A stretch of DNA of 64,000 nucleotides from Solirubrobacterales bacterium (lineage in GTDB: Bacteria > Actinomycetota > Thermoleophilia > Solirubrobacterales > Solirubrobacteraceae): NCBI GenBank assembly GCA_038199375.1, contig JBBPZA010000123.1, positions 4,228 through 68,227 of the forward strand, written 5' to 3'. Below are positions 1-8,347 of this stretch, piece after piece. The notes under the pieces are model-generated. The model was not told the DNA's origin, made no database searches, and worked only from the letters and a program-made list of their open reading frames with translations. Every line of letters starts with the position of its first letter. Positions within the stretch are counted from its first letter, which is position 1. The translations under genes were made by a program, and so were the position numbers.

Positions 1-138
1 CTCCTTTTCGTCCAGGCCTCCGATGGCGACAGTGACAGCGATGGCGACGACGAGGGCGAGAGCGACGGTGACGGCGAGGACGTCGGCGGCGACGTCGACG
101 CCGACGACGACGAGGACGGCGCTGACGCCGGCGACTGA
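1..138 (+). CDS. 3' end of an upstream gene: acidic Asp/Gly/Glu-rich C-terminal tail (partial)
   Basis: Frame 1 reads LLFVQASDGDSDSDGDDEGESDGDGEDVGGDVDADDDEDGADAGD, then TGA at 136-138. Third-position G/C is high in this frame. The tracked ORF 23..370 reads the same DNA out of frame as Thr/Ala/Arg filler. Confidence 0.4.
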   Translation, partial: LLFVQASDGDSDSDGDDEGESDGDGEDVGGDVDADDDEDGADAGD

Positions 139-163
139 TCCGGCGGACCGCGCGACCGGCGCG

Positions 164-370
164 GTGCGCGAGGTGGAGATCGACGAGGAAACGATCCGGT
201 TGGGGCAGCTCCTCAAGCTCGCCGGGATCGTCGGGTCGGGGGGCGAGGCGAAGGCGCTGCTCGCTACCGGGACCGTGTCGGTCAACGGCGAGCGCGATGA
301 TCGGCGCGGCCGCCAGGTCAAGCGCGGCGACGTCGTGGTCGCCGACGGCGAGGGCGTGCGGGTGCGCTGA
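164..370 (+). CDS. S4-domain RNA-binding protein (YbcJ-like, about 68 aa)
   Basis: GTG at 164 is in frame with tracked ORF 23..370. VREVEIDEETIRLGQLLKLAGIVGSGGEAKALLATGTVSVNGERDDRRGRQVKRGDVV fits the small S4/YbcJ pattern (LLK..G...SGG.AK.....G.V.VNG....R.R.V..GD.V). Confidence 0.7.
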   Translation: MREVEIDEETIRLGQLLKLAGIVGSGGEAKALLATGTVSVNGERDDRRGRQVKRGDVVVADGEGVRVR

Positions 371-508
371 CGCTGCGCCGAAAGCTACCGATCCCTCCCA
401 CACCCGAAAAAGGCATGGCCGACTGGACTTGCCCTCGCGCGATCCGTAGGGTCGGTCAGGCAGCCCGAGCCGCCGTGGGACGAACGAGTGCAATGGAGGG
501 GACCCGAA

Positions 509-2095
509 ATGCCCGATGTCGGTGAGGCGCTGAAGATCGAGGTGGTGCCGTGGGGCCCCGCTCCGCAGGCGGTGCACGAGGCCGGCGCCGCGGCGCTCGA
601 GCATCCCGCGGTGCGCGCCGAGCTCGCCGAGACAGACCACATGGTGCTCTCCATCGCTCCCGTCGCGCCTGCCGTCGGCGGCGATGAGTCGGCCCCCGAG
701 TCGGGCCTCGTGCGCACCACGATCTATGACTACACCAACGAGCGAACGCTGCTGGTCGATGCGCCACTCGACGGATCGAAGCCGGTCGCGGTGCGCTCGA
801 CCACCAAGCAGCCGCTGCCGGGGGTCGCCGAGCTCAAGACCGCCGTCGAGGCGCTCGTGCGCGACCCCGAGCTGGGGGTCGAGCTGCGAGCCGGGCGCCT
901 GGAGCCCTACCGCCCGATGCCGCCGTTCGTGCTCGGGGAGCAGCCCGACGGACGGGTCGAGCGCATGATCGCCGTCGGCCTGCGGTCCCCCGGCAGCGGC
1001 CAGGTCAACGAGATCGTCGCCGTCAAGCCCACGAGCGGCGCGGTGAAGCGCTTCGCGGCCGGCGCTCCGGCCGCCTCTCTGGCCGCGGATGCGTTGTGTG
1101 GGCTCGCCAACGCGGGCCAGCCCACGGCCGCCCGCGGGACGCCAGGACAGGTCAGGGTGACCGTCAGCCGGGCCGGCCACGTCCTCTGGAGCTTCATCGC
1201 GGTGCGCCCGGCGGCCTCCTCGGGCACCAATGGCTCGGGCATCGAGCTGCGCTCCGTCGCCTACCGCGGAAAGCGCGTGCTGCGCCGAGCCCACGTGCCG
1301 ATCCTCAACGTGCGCTACGACCATGACGCCTGCGGCCCCTACCGCGACTGGCAGTACGAGGAGGGGATGCTCCACGCCGACGGCGCCGACGTCGCGCCGG
1401 GCTTCCGCCTGTGCCCGGCGCCCGCGCAGACGATCCTGGAGTCGGGCTCTGACACGGGCAACTTCCTCGGCGTCGCGATCTACGCCCACGGCGACGAGGT
1501 CGTGCTCGTCTCAGAGCTCGAGGCCGGCTGGTATCGCTACCTCAGCGAGTGGCGCCTGCACGCGGACGGCACGATCCGCCCCCGCTTCGGCTTCGGCGCG
1601 GTCCAGAACAGCTGCGTCTGCAACATCCATCACCACCACGTCTACTGGCGGCTCGACTTCGACGTGGCCGGCGCGGCGCACAACGATGTGCTCGAGTTCA
1701 ACGACCCGCCCCTCCAGGGCGGCTCACACTGGAGCACGTTCCGCCACGAGATCCGCCGGTCGCGCAACCCGGCCCACAAGCGCGCCTGGCAGGTGGCCAA
1801 CCGCGCGACGAAGGAGAGCTACACGCTCATCCCGGGTCCCAACGACGGCGTCGCCGACGCCTTCGGGGTGGGAGACCTATGGGCGCTGCGACGTCGCGGG
1901 GGGCAGGTGGACGACGGCCAGGGCTTCACGACCGACCCGGCGCTGGCCCGCGCCCGCCTCGATCAGTTCGTCGACGGCGAGTCGATACACGACGCCGACG
2001 TGGTGCTGTGGTACGCCGCGCACTTCACCCACGACCTCCACGACGAGGCGGTCGGCCACGTCGTGGGCCCGGAGCTCGTCCCCGGGCACTGGTAG
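509..2095 (+). CDS. copper amine oxidase-like protein (catalytic-domain-like, divergent cofactor motif)
   Basis: ATG at 509 is preceded by GGAGGGG. The C-terminal half has IHHHHVYWRLDFDV and VVLWYAAHFTHD, resembling the CuAO His-ligand segments (NHQH..F..RLD and ..THxP). The region aligned to the TPQ motif reads AGWYRYLSEWRLHADGTI. Confidence 0.5.
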   Translation: MPDVGEALKIEVVPWGPAPQAVHEAGAAALEHPAVRAELAETDHMVLSIAPVAPAVGGDESAPESGLVRTTIYDYTNERTLLVDAPLDGSKPVAVRSTTKQPLPGVAELKTAVEALVRDPELGVELRAGRLEPYRPMPPFVLGEQPDGRVERMIAVGLRSPGSGQVNEIVAVKPTSGAVKRFAAGAPAASLAADALCGLANAGQPTAARGTPGQVRVTVSRAGHVLWSFIAVRPAASSGTNGSGIELRSVAYRGKRVLRRAHVPILNVRYDHDACGPYRDWQYEEGMLHADGADVAPGFRLCPAPAQTILESGSDTGNFLGVAIYAHGDEVVLVSELEAGWYRYLSEWRLHADGTIRPRFGFGAVQNSCVCNIHHHHVYWRLDFDVAGAAHNDVLEFNDPPLQGGSHWSTFRHEIRRSRNPAHKRAWQVANRATKESYTLIPGPNDGVADAFGVGDLWALRRRGGQVDDGQGFTTDPALARARLDQFVDGESIHDADVVLWYAAHFTHDLHDEAVGHVVGPELVPGHW

Positions 2096-2156
2096 GAGCC
2101 GGCCCCGATGACCGACGCTGGGCGTCCGGCTGGGGGCGGGGAGGGCGGTCTGGTCT

Positions 2157-2561
2157 CTAGCGGAGAGCGGGAAGCCGCTCGGGATCGCCGCGGCGGTTTC
2201 CCGCCGGCGCACGGAGGTAGGCATCGAGATCCTGCTCGAACTGCGGCCACCAGAGGGGCTCGCGCTCGCCGAAGGGATCGCGCGGCGCCGGCGGCGGTTC
2301 GTCCCCGCCCCCGTCTCCCTCGTCATCGCGCCCATGGCCCTGGTCGGTGCCGAGGGCGAAGAACACGATCCCGACGATGGCCAGCATCGCGACCAGCGAT
2401 CCGCCGAGCGAGATGGCGAGGCCGGAGCTGGAGTCGAGGCCCAGCCTGCTCGTACCGACCGCTAGGAGCTCCACCGCCGAGCCCAGGAGCACCGATCCGG
2501 CGAGCATGGTCACGATGAGCACCGGGACCATGACGGCATATCTGCCCGCGCGAGAGGACAT
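2157..2561 (-). CDS. hypothetical membrane protein (two predicted TM helices, acidic/Pro-rich tail)
   Basis: Tracked ORF. Hydrophobic segments VMVPVLIVTMLAGSVLLGSAV and LGGSLVAMLAIVGIVFFALG. High GC3. Confidence 0.5.
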   Translation of the reverse strand: MSSRAGRYAVMVPVLIVTMLAGSVLLGSAVELLAVGTSRLGLDSSSGLAISLGGSLVAMLAIVGIVFFALGTDQGHGRDDEGDGGGDEPPPAPRDPFGEREPLWWPQFEQDLDAYLRAPAGNRRGDPERLPALR

Positions 2562-2661
2562 CGGGCACCGATGTTACCCATGACCGGCGCATTCGACCAC
2601 CCCGCAAGCATCCCCCCGGCGCCATGTTCGCTCGAGGTCGTGTCGGCCGGCTCCCGGGCGG

Positions 2662-4149
2662 TCAGTGCTCGGCTCTGCACCGGGCGTGCTCGGCGACCGC
2701 GGGATCGAGCCAGCCACGGTGCTCGAGCTCGTCGACGAGCCGCGTATAAGGCTCGAGGAACCGCTCGGCCCGGTCGGGCCTGGGCTCGATGATCTCGCGT
2801 ATGCGGACCATGTCGCCGGCGACCTCGGTGAGCGACCGGCCGGTGCAGGAGGAGGCGGCGAGCACCGCCATGCCCAGCGCCGCCTCGGCGTTCTCGGGCA
2901 GCCGGACCTCTCGGCCGAGCACGTCGGCGCGCAGCTGGCACCAGTAACGGCTGCTCGCCCCGCCTCCGGTCAGGCTGAGCTCGCCGTCGATCGGTGCGCC
3001 GAGGCGGTCGAGGTGGTCGAAGCACAGCCGCTCCACGTAGGCGACGCCCTGGAGGAGGGCGGCGTAGTGGTCGTCCTCGTCGGCCGGCTCCCCCAGCACG
3101 AAGCCCTCCGCATCGGGCGCCGAGAACGGGAAGCGCTCACCCTCGGAGACCAGCGGGTAGGCGATCACCTCGGCGGGCTCGCGCTGCGCGGCACGCTCGT
3201 CGAGCGCCTCGAGATCCCGATCGGGGAAGCTGTCCGAGAGCACGCCCGCGCCAACGCTCGAGGCCCCGCCGGGAAGCCACAGGTCCTCGGGTGAGCGGTG
3301 CGAGTAGACCGCACCCTGAGGGTCGCGGACCAACTCGCGGGCCACGCCCTTGAGCACGAGCGTCGTTCCCAGCACCGAGTTCCAGCTGCCCACGCTCAAC
3401 GCTCCGGCGGCGAGCTGCGCGGCGCAGCCGTCGGTCATGCCGGCGATCACCGGCATGCCCTCGGGGATGCCGGTCGCCTCGGCGCCGTCACGGTCCACCG
3501 TTCCCAACTGGGTGCCCGAGCGAACGACGCGGGGCAGCATCCCGTCGGGGACCCCGAGCTCGTCCATCACCGCGTGCGGCCACGCCTCGTCGAGGAGGTC
3601 GTAGCCGGTCTTGAGCGCGTGGCTGCTGTCGGCAGGAACCTCGTGCCCGACAAGTCGCCGGGTAACGAAGTCGACCTGGTGGGCGAGCCGTGCCTGGCGG
3701 GCATCCGCCTGGTGCTCGCGCAGCAGCCACAGCAGCTTGGGAAGGGCCCAGGACGGCTGGATGCGGTAGCCCAGCGACTCCCAGGTCTCGCTGCCCGCCT
3801 CGTTGGCGCGCTCGGCCTCCTCGCCCGCGCGCGAGTCGTCGTACATGAGCCCCGGCGAGAGCGGGCTTCCGGCGGCGTCGGCGAGCATGATCGTGCCCGA
3901 CGTCCCGCAGACGGCCAGGCCGCCCACCCCGTCGATCGATTCGGACGGGAGGTCGCCCAGCGCCGCGCGACACGCGGCCGCGACGGCGCTCCACCACTGC
4001 TCCGAGTCCTGCTCGTGGCGCGGTCCGTCGCGGCGGCTCTCCAGCGGGTGCGAGCCGGAGGCGAGGATCTCGCCGGTCGTCGAGACGGCGAGTGCGCGGG
4101 CGCTCTGGGTGCCCACGTCGAGGCCCAGCCAGGCGGTGGCTTCGCTCAT
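2662..4149 (-). CDS. FGGY-family carbohydrate kinase (xylulokinase/glycerol kinase-like)
   Basis: The N-terminus WLGLDVGTQSARALAV is the FGGY phosphate-1 motif. Also GMTDGCAAQLAAG and LTGGGASSRYWCQLRADVLG, typical of the FGGY C-terminal domain. Confidence 0.85.
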   Translation of the reverse strand: MSEATAWLGLDVGTQSARALAVSTTGEILASGSHPLESRRDGPRHEQDSEQWWSAVAAACRAALGDLPSESIDGVGGLAVCGTSGTIMLADAAGSPLSPGLMYDDSRAGEEAERANEAGSETWESLGYRIQPSWALPKLLWLLREHQADARQARLAHQVDFVTRRLVGHEVPADSSHALKTGYDLLDEAWPHAVMDELGVPDGMLPRVVRSGTQLGTVDRDGAEATGIPEGMPVIAGMTDGCAAQLAAGALSVGSWNSVLGTTLVLKGVARELVRDPQGAVYSHRSPEDLWLPGGASSVGAGVLSDSFPDRDLEALDERAAQREPAEVIAYPLVSEGERFPFSAPDAEGFVLGEPADEDDHYAALLQGVAYVERLCFDHLDRLGAPIDGELSLTGGGASSRYWCQLRADVLGREVRLPENAEAALGMAVLAASSCTGRSLTEVAGDMVRIREIIEPRPDRAERFLEPYTRLVDELEHRGWLDPAVAEHARCRAEH

Positions 4150-4227
4150 CGGTGCTCCTCACCTTGCCTCGGTGGTGGCGGTCGGAGTGAGGCCTCCTCC
4201 CGCGGGTCAACCGGTTAAGATGACCGA

Positions 4228-4446
4228 ATGGAGATTCCGGCGGTATGGACGGTTCCACCCAGCGCGGATCACGAGGACGTCGATGACTTGCTGAATCGCC
4301 TTGCGCAGCGGCTCGACATCGAGAAGCCCGAGATCAAGAACGACCAGGTGCTTCTTCCCGCGGAGTACCCCAAGGTCGCCAAGGCATTGGGAGAGGTGGA
4401 GCCCGGCTGGGAGGACGAGGGGCTGCTCATCCCGCCCGAGGCCTGA
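4228..4446 (+). CDS. hypothetical small acidic protein
   Basis: Tracked 72-aa ORF with balanced composition, unlike the shadow ORFs. No recognisable motif. Confidence 0.4.
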   Translation: MEIPAVWTVPPSADHEDVDDLLNRLAQRLDIEKPEIKNDQVLLPAEYPKVAKALGEVEPGWEDEGLLIPPEA

Positions 4447-4465
4447 TCGGTCCGCGGTTCTGCCC

Positions 4466-4807
4466 TTGCCTCCCGCCCCGCTGCGGCTGGTCGAGTTCCC
4501 CGCCGACGACGCGCAGCGCGCCCGTCGCTTCTGGTCGGGACTGCTCGACGTCACGTTGGAGCAGCGGACGGAGGAAGAAGGCTCGGGCTGGCAGACCCAC
4601 CAGCCCGGTCCCGCGGTGGGCGTGCACGAGCGCGGCCGAGGCCCGGGGGACAGGTTCTCGCTGCCCTACTTCGAGGTCTCCGACCTGACCGCCGCGCTCG
4701 GGCAGGTCGAAGCGCTCGGCGGCAGCGTCGTGCATCCGGGCGATACATGGGCCGTCTGCAAGGACTCCGAAGGCACGCCGTTCGGGCTGGCCGCGCGGGA
4801 GCGGTGA
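4466..4807 (+). CDS. VOC (glyoxalase/bleomycin-resistance) family protein
   Basis: C-terminal part of tracked ORF 4301..4807: LRLVEFPADDAQRARRFWSGLLDV...GVHERG...FSLPYFEVSDLTAALGQVEALGGSVVH...KDSEGTPFGL is the beta-alpha-beta-beta-beta VOC pattern. The start is uncertain: TTG at 4466 is the first plausible start after the Arg/Ser-rich out-of-character N-terminus. Confidence 0.6.
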   Translation: MPPAPLRLVEFPADDAQRARRFWSGLLDVTLEQRTEEEGSGWQTHQPGPAVGVHERGRGPGDRFSLPYFEVSDLTAALGQVEALGGSVVHPGDTWAVCKDSEGTPFGLAARER

Positions 4808-4903
4808 TGCTGCGGGATGGGCTTCGCCCGAGTGGAGCGCTGATGCGGCAGACGTTCGCGCTCTGCAGGCATAGAAGCGGCCTCGAGCGGGTAGAGGCGC
4901 CGC

Positions 4904-5806
4904 GTGAGCGTTCCCGATCAGACGGTTCGGCGGCGGCGGACGGCGGTCGAGCCTCTCGTCTCGGCGGTCGAGTCGGCGAGGGTCCTCGACTGGCCCGGCA
5001 AGACCGTCGGCAAGGCCGTGCGCGGGGTGCTGTCGCCCGGGAAGGTCAAGGACGCGCTCAGCGGCACATGGCTCGGGCACGCGCTGCATCCGCTGCTCAC
5101 CGACGTCGTGATCGGGTCGTTCCTGAGCGCCACGCTGCTCGACGTCCTCGGCGGCGACGACGACGGCCGGGCGAGCGAACGGCTCATCGCGGTCGGCATC
5201 GCGGCGTACGGGCCGACCGCGCTGACCGGCGTCAGCGACTGGGCCGACACCGAGCCGGCCGACGACGCAGTGCGCCGGGTCGGCCTCGTGCACGCGGCCT
5301 CTAACACGACGGCGCTCTCGCTCTACGTGGCTTCGCTCGCGGCTCGCCGGCGCGGCGATCGAGGCAAGGGGAAGCTCTTGGCCGCGGGCGGCGCGACGGT
5401 GCTCATGGTCGCCGGCTACCTCGGCGGCCACCTGTCCTACTCCCAGGGCGTGGGGCCCGACCAGACGGTCTTCGACCCGGGGCCCGAGGATTGGACCCCG
5501 GCCGCCGACGCCTCCCTGTTGCCCGAGGGTCGGCCGACACGGGTCGTCGTGGAGGAGACCCCGGTGCTCCTCCTGCGCGACGCCGACCAGTTCTTCGCGA
5601 TCCACGACCGCTGCTCGCACCGCGGGTGCTCACTGAGCGACGGCACGGTCGAGGGCGACGAGATCGTCTGCGCCTGTCACGGCTCGCGCTTCGATCGCAG
5701 GGACGGCTCGGTCCGGCGCGGTCCGGCCACCGCGCCCCAGCCGGCCTTCCAGGTTCGCGTGAGCGACGGTCGCCTCGAAGTCCGCCGGCTCGCGCCGGGC
5801 TATTAA
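4904..5806 (+). CDS. membrane-anchored Rieske [2Fe-2S] protein (DUF2231-like TM domain plus Rieske domain)
   Basis: Rieske motifs CSHRGCSL and CACHGSRF. The N-terminal half has several hydrophobic helices (HPLLTDVVIGSFLSATLL, LIAVGIAAYGPTAL, TVLMVAGYLGGHL). Confidence 0.8.
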   Translation: MSVPDQTVRRRRTAVEPLVSAVESARVLDWPGKTVGKAVRGVLSPGKVKDALSGTWLGHALHPLLTDVVIGSFLSATLLDVLGGDDDGRASERLIAVGIAAYGPTALTGVSDWADTEPADDAVRRVGLVHAASNTTALSLYVASLAARRRGDRGKGKLLAAGGATVLMVAGYLGGHLSYSQGVGPDQTVFDPGPEDWTPAADASLLPEGRPTRVVVEETPVLLLRDADQFFAIHDRCSHRGCSLSDGTVEGDEIVCACHGSRFDRRDGSVRRGPATAPQPAFQVRVSDGRLEVRRLAPGY

Positions 5807-5862
5807 CCTTCAGGGCCCTCCCACGCTGGCCGCAACGGGGTAGCGTTGACGATCCGCCAACG

Positions 5863-6211
5863 CTACAACTGCAGGTGCAGGCGGAGGGCCTCGTCCAGTT
5901 GGCCCACGATCGGAGCTGGGAGTCGGCCCAGGATCGGCCCGAGTCGCTCCACCGAGACGGACCGAACCTGTTCGCCTTGCGCCTTGGAGTCGACCCGCAG
6001 TCCAGTGAGCTCTGCCGGTAGGAAGACCTGGAAAGGGAACACCCGCGTGACGTTGCTCGTGATGGGGGACCACGGTGACCACGCCTCGCCCCAAGCGGAC
6101 CGCGGTGGCGTTGGCGCGATCGTTGCTGACGACGATCGCAGGTCGGCGTTTGTCCGCTTCGCTGCCGCGCGCCGGGTCGAGGTCGGCCAGCCGCACCTCA
6201 CCGCGCCGCAT
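5863..6211 (-). pseudogene. mazF: mazF/pemK-type toxin gene interrupted by a +1 frameshift
   Basis: The N-terminal half [49 protein letters not shown] lies in the frame of ORF 5810..6382. The C-terminal half ITSNVTRVFPFQVFLPAELTGLRVDSKAQGEQVRSVSVERLGPILGRLP lies in the frame of ORF 5863..6243. The junction is a run of five G (+ strand 6064-6068); four would give a continuous VVP-ITS MazF. Confidence 0.7.
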
Positions 6212-6428
6212 CTGTGAGCCCGTCGCCGACCGTGCCCTCCCATGCATCTCGCTCCCCTGAGGACTCCCAGTCCTCCCAGGCCGCGGCGTAGTCCTCCTCC
6301 AGATCAGCGTGTCGAAGGAGGCGGATGGCGTGCTGAACGGCCGCAGAGCGAGACCGTAGGCCGGACGTGCGGGCGTACTCATCGAGCAGGGCCACGTCTT
6401 CCTCGGATACGCTGACGCTCAGCTTCAT
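6198..6428 (-). CDS. mazE: ribbon-helix-helix antitoxin (MazE-like partner of the adjacent mazF)
   Basis: [38 protein letters not shown] is an RHH-type beta-strand plus two helices. Its stop (6198-6200) overlaps the mazF start region. Confidence 0.7.
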   Translation of the reverse strand: MKLSVSVSEEDVALLDEYARTSGLRSRSAAVQHAIRLLRHADLEEDYAAAWEDWESSGERDAWEGTVGDGLTDAAR

Positions 6429-6593
6429 TCGTCGAATGCTACTCAGGTAGCAACCGCGGTACTACCTGTGACCTCGGCGGTGGCGGCGCGGTTTCTGACC
6501 TGCGGGCTGAGGCGAGGGCTGGGCGAGCTGTTGCCAGCGGGCATCGTCGGGTCCGTAGGCGGTCAGGCAAGACAGCGAAACCTCGGGCCCCGC

Positions 6594-6920
6594 CTACGCC
6601 ACCCAGCGGGCGTCGGCCAGTTCTTCCCTGTACGTGCCGGTCGCGAGAAACGTACGGAGTCGCCGGCCTTCGGCGAGGGGACGGACCTTGGCGGTAGCCT
6701 CGCCCGGGGTCTTGGCCTCGGTCGCGTAGACCTCGCGGTACCCGGGCTCGTCGGGGGCGCGTTCGGGGTCCGTCGCGAAGACGAGATATCCGCGGCGGGC
6801 GGCTCGGCGCTCGTTGGCCTGCTCAAGGCGGTCGCGCTCGGCTTCGAGCTCCTGGGCCCACGAGCCGAGATCGATCTGTGTTCCTTGGTCTGAGGTCATC
6901 GCGCGTGGCATCGGGATCAT
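6594..6920 (-). CDS. hypothetical protein
   Basis: Tracked 108-aa ORF with normal composition. No motif recognised. The start may be the internal Met (MTSDQ). Confidence 0.4.
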   Translation of the reverse strand: MIPMPRAMTSDQGTQIDLGSWAQELEAERDRLEQANERRAARRGYLVFATDPERAPDEPGYREVYATEAKTPGEATAKVRPLAEGRRLRTFLATGTYREELADARWVA

Positions 6921-6962
6921 GTTGACAGTACGGGCAGACTGACCGGGAGCTCGCCCCTTACG

Positions 6963-7325
6963 CTATTTTGTCGCAGTTCCGCTGGCTTCCAGGAACCTTC
7001 GTAGCTCGACGGTGTCGACGTCGAACGTGTCGAAGAGCTTCTTCGGGACCTTCTCGTAGACCGGGCGGAACATGAGCACGTAGGAGACGCACGAGAGCGC
7101 CTCGAAAACGACTGCCGCGGCCAGCCATCCCGGCTTGGCGGACTCGAGTCGGTCGCGTACGTCGCCGAGCCCGGGCGCGAGCACCACGACGAGCCCGACC
7201 GCGGCGAGGGGCGCCACCACGGGCAGGGCGCGCCGGGCCAACCGCCGCGGCTCGAAGTGGCTCGGCACCCGCTCGCGCGGCGCCGGCCCTACGACGCGGT
7301 AGCTCCCGGAGGCCCCCGCGGTCAA
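6963..7325 (-). CDS. N-terminal fragment of a flippase-like / lysylphosphatidylglycerol-synthase-TM-type membrane protein (probably truncated)
   Basis: LPVVAPLAAVGLVVVLAPGLGDVRDRLESAKPGWLAAAVVFEALSCVSYVLMFR resembles the first ~100 aa of that ~320-aa family. The last ~30 codons (YEKVPKKLFDTFDVDTVELRRFLEASGTATK) change character and G+C drops. Confidence 0.35.
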   Translation of the reverse strand: MTAGASGSYRVVGPAPRERVPSHFEPRRLARRALPVVAPLAAVGLVVVLAPGLGDVRDRLESAKPGWLAAAVVFEALSCVSYVLMFRPVYEKVPKKLFDTFDVDTVELRRFLEASGTATK

Positions 7326-7399
7326 GCTGTATTCCGAGCGCCAAGCATGCCGCCCATGCTAGGAGGGCTGTGGAGCTCGGGTCCTAATCGACCTCGGAG

Positions 7400-8305
7400 T
7401 CAGCGGCCCCGTCGGCCCAGCGCGAAGGCGACGATGGCGACGGCGCCCAGCGCCGCGCCCAGCGCCCGCGGGTCGCGCAGGCGCCCGGCGATGACCGAGC
7501 CGGCGATCGAGAGAACCGGAAGCGAGGCCTCCTGCTCCCGCGACTGCCCGCCTCGTGAGGGGGCCGACTCGACGAAGCTCGCGTTGACCTGAGGATCGCT
7601 CGCGGCAGCCGCCCGCGTTTCGCGAGTCGGTTGTTCGGGCCCGCCCGTCGCGACTGCCTCGGCATCGGGGGTCGGTTCGGGTTCGCGCGTCGCGTCGGCC
7701 GCCGATTCGATGCTCGGCTCGCGCCCGGCAGCCGCCGCCATCGCCCCTTTCTCCTTTTCGCCTTCCCCCGCGGAGGAGTCGTCGGTTGAGGGCACCGGCG
7801 CGCTCGTGACGGACCCGCCGGCCGCGGGTGCGGCTGGAGTCTCGACCGCCGCAGACTTTCCCTCGGAGAGCATCGCCGCCAAGTTCTCGGCGAACGTGTC
7901 GACGATGCGGGCCGAGACGTCCTGGATGACGCTTCCCCCCATGGCCGCGGCGCGACCGCTCAGCTTGACGTCGGTGCTGATGTGGCCGTGGGTGCGCGAC
8001 TCGTCGCCCTCGAGGTGCATCTCGACCTTGGCGTCCGCCGTGCCCTGACCGCGCGCCTCCTTGGCCCGGGTGCGCATCACCGCGCGGTGCTGCTCGGGAT
8101 CGCTCTCGACGATCTTGACCTCGCCGCCGTACTTCATCGACATGGGGCCGACCTTGACCTTGATGGCGACCTTGTAGACGTCTTCGTCCGTGTGCTCGAC
8201 GACCTCGGCGCCCGGCACGCACGGTGCCACGCGCTCGACGTCGAGGAGCGCCTTGAAGACCTCCTCGATCGGGGCCTCCACATCGAAGTCGTTCTCGAAT
8301 TTCAT
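7400..8305 (-). CDS. coxG: CoxG-type SRPBCC protein with long low-complexity linker and C-terminal TM anchor
   Basis: MKFENDFDVEAPIEEVFKALLDVERVAPCVPGAEVVEH...VKVGPMSMKYGGEVKI is the CoxG (CO dehydrogenase subunit G) signature. The C-terminus LGAALGAVAIVAFALG is hydrophobic. It is the last gene of the cox cluster. Confidence 0.8.
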   Translation of the reverse strand: MKFENDFDVEAPIEEVFKALLDVERVAPCVPGAEVVEHTDEDVYKVAIKVKVGPMSMKYGGEVKIVESDPEQHRAVMRTRAKEARGQGTADAKVEMHLEGDESRTHGHISTDVKLSGRAAAMGGSVIQDVSARIVDTFAENLAAMLSEGKSAAVETPAAPAAGGSVTSAPVPSTDDSSAGEGEKEKGAMAAAAGREPSIESAADATREPEPTPDAEAVATGGPEQPTRETRAAAASDPQVNASFVESAPSRGGQSREQEASLPVLSIAGSVIAGRLRDPRALGAALGAVAIVAFALGRRGR

Positions 8306-8347
8306 GTCTTCTCGCTTTCTCCTACCCGGTCGGTGCAGCGACGCCGC

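Noticed and set aside
23-163. N-terminal 47 aa of tracked ORF 23..370 (MATVTAMATTRARATVTART...)
   Set aside because: The same DNA read in frame 1 is an Asp/Gly/Glu-rich tail ending at TGA 136-138. The S4 domain needs only the part from GTG 164 onward.
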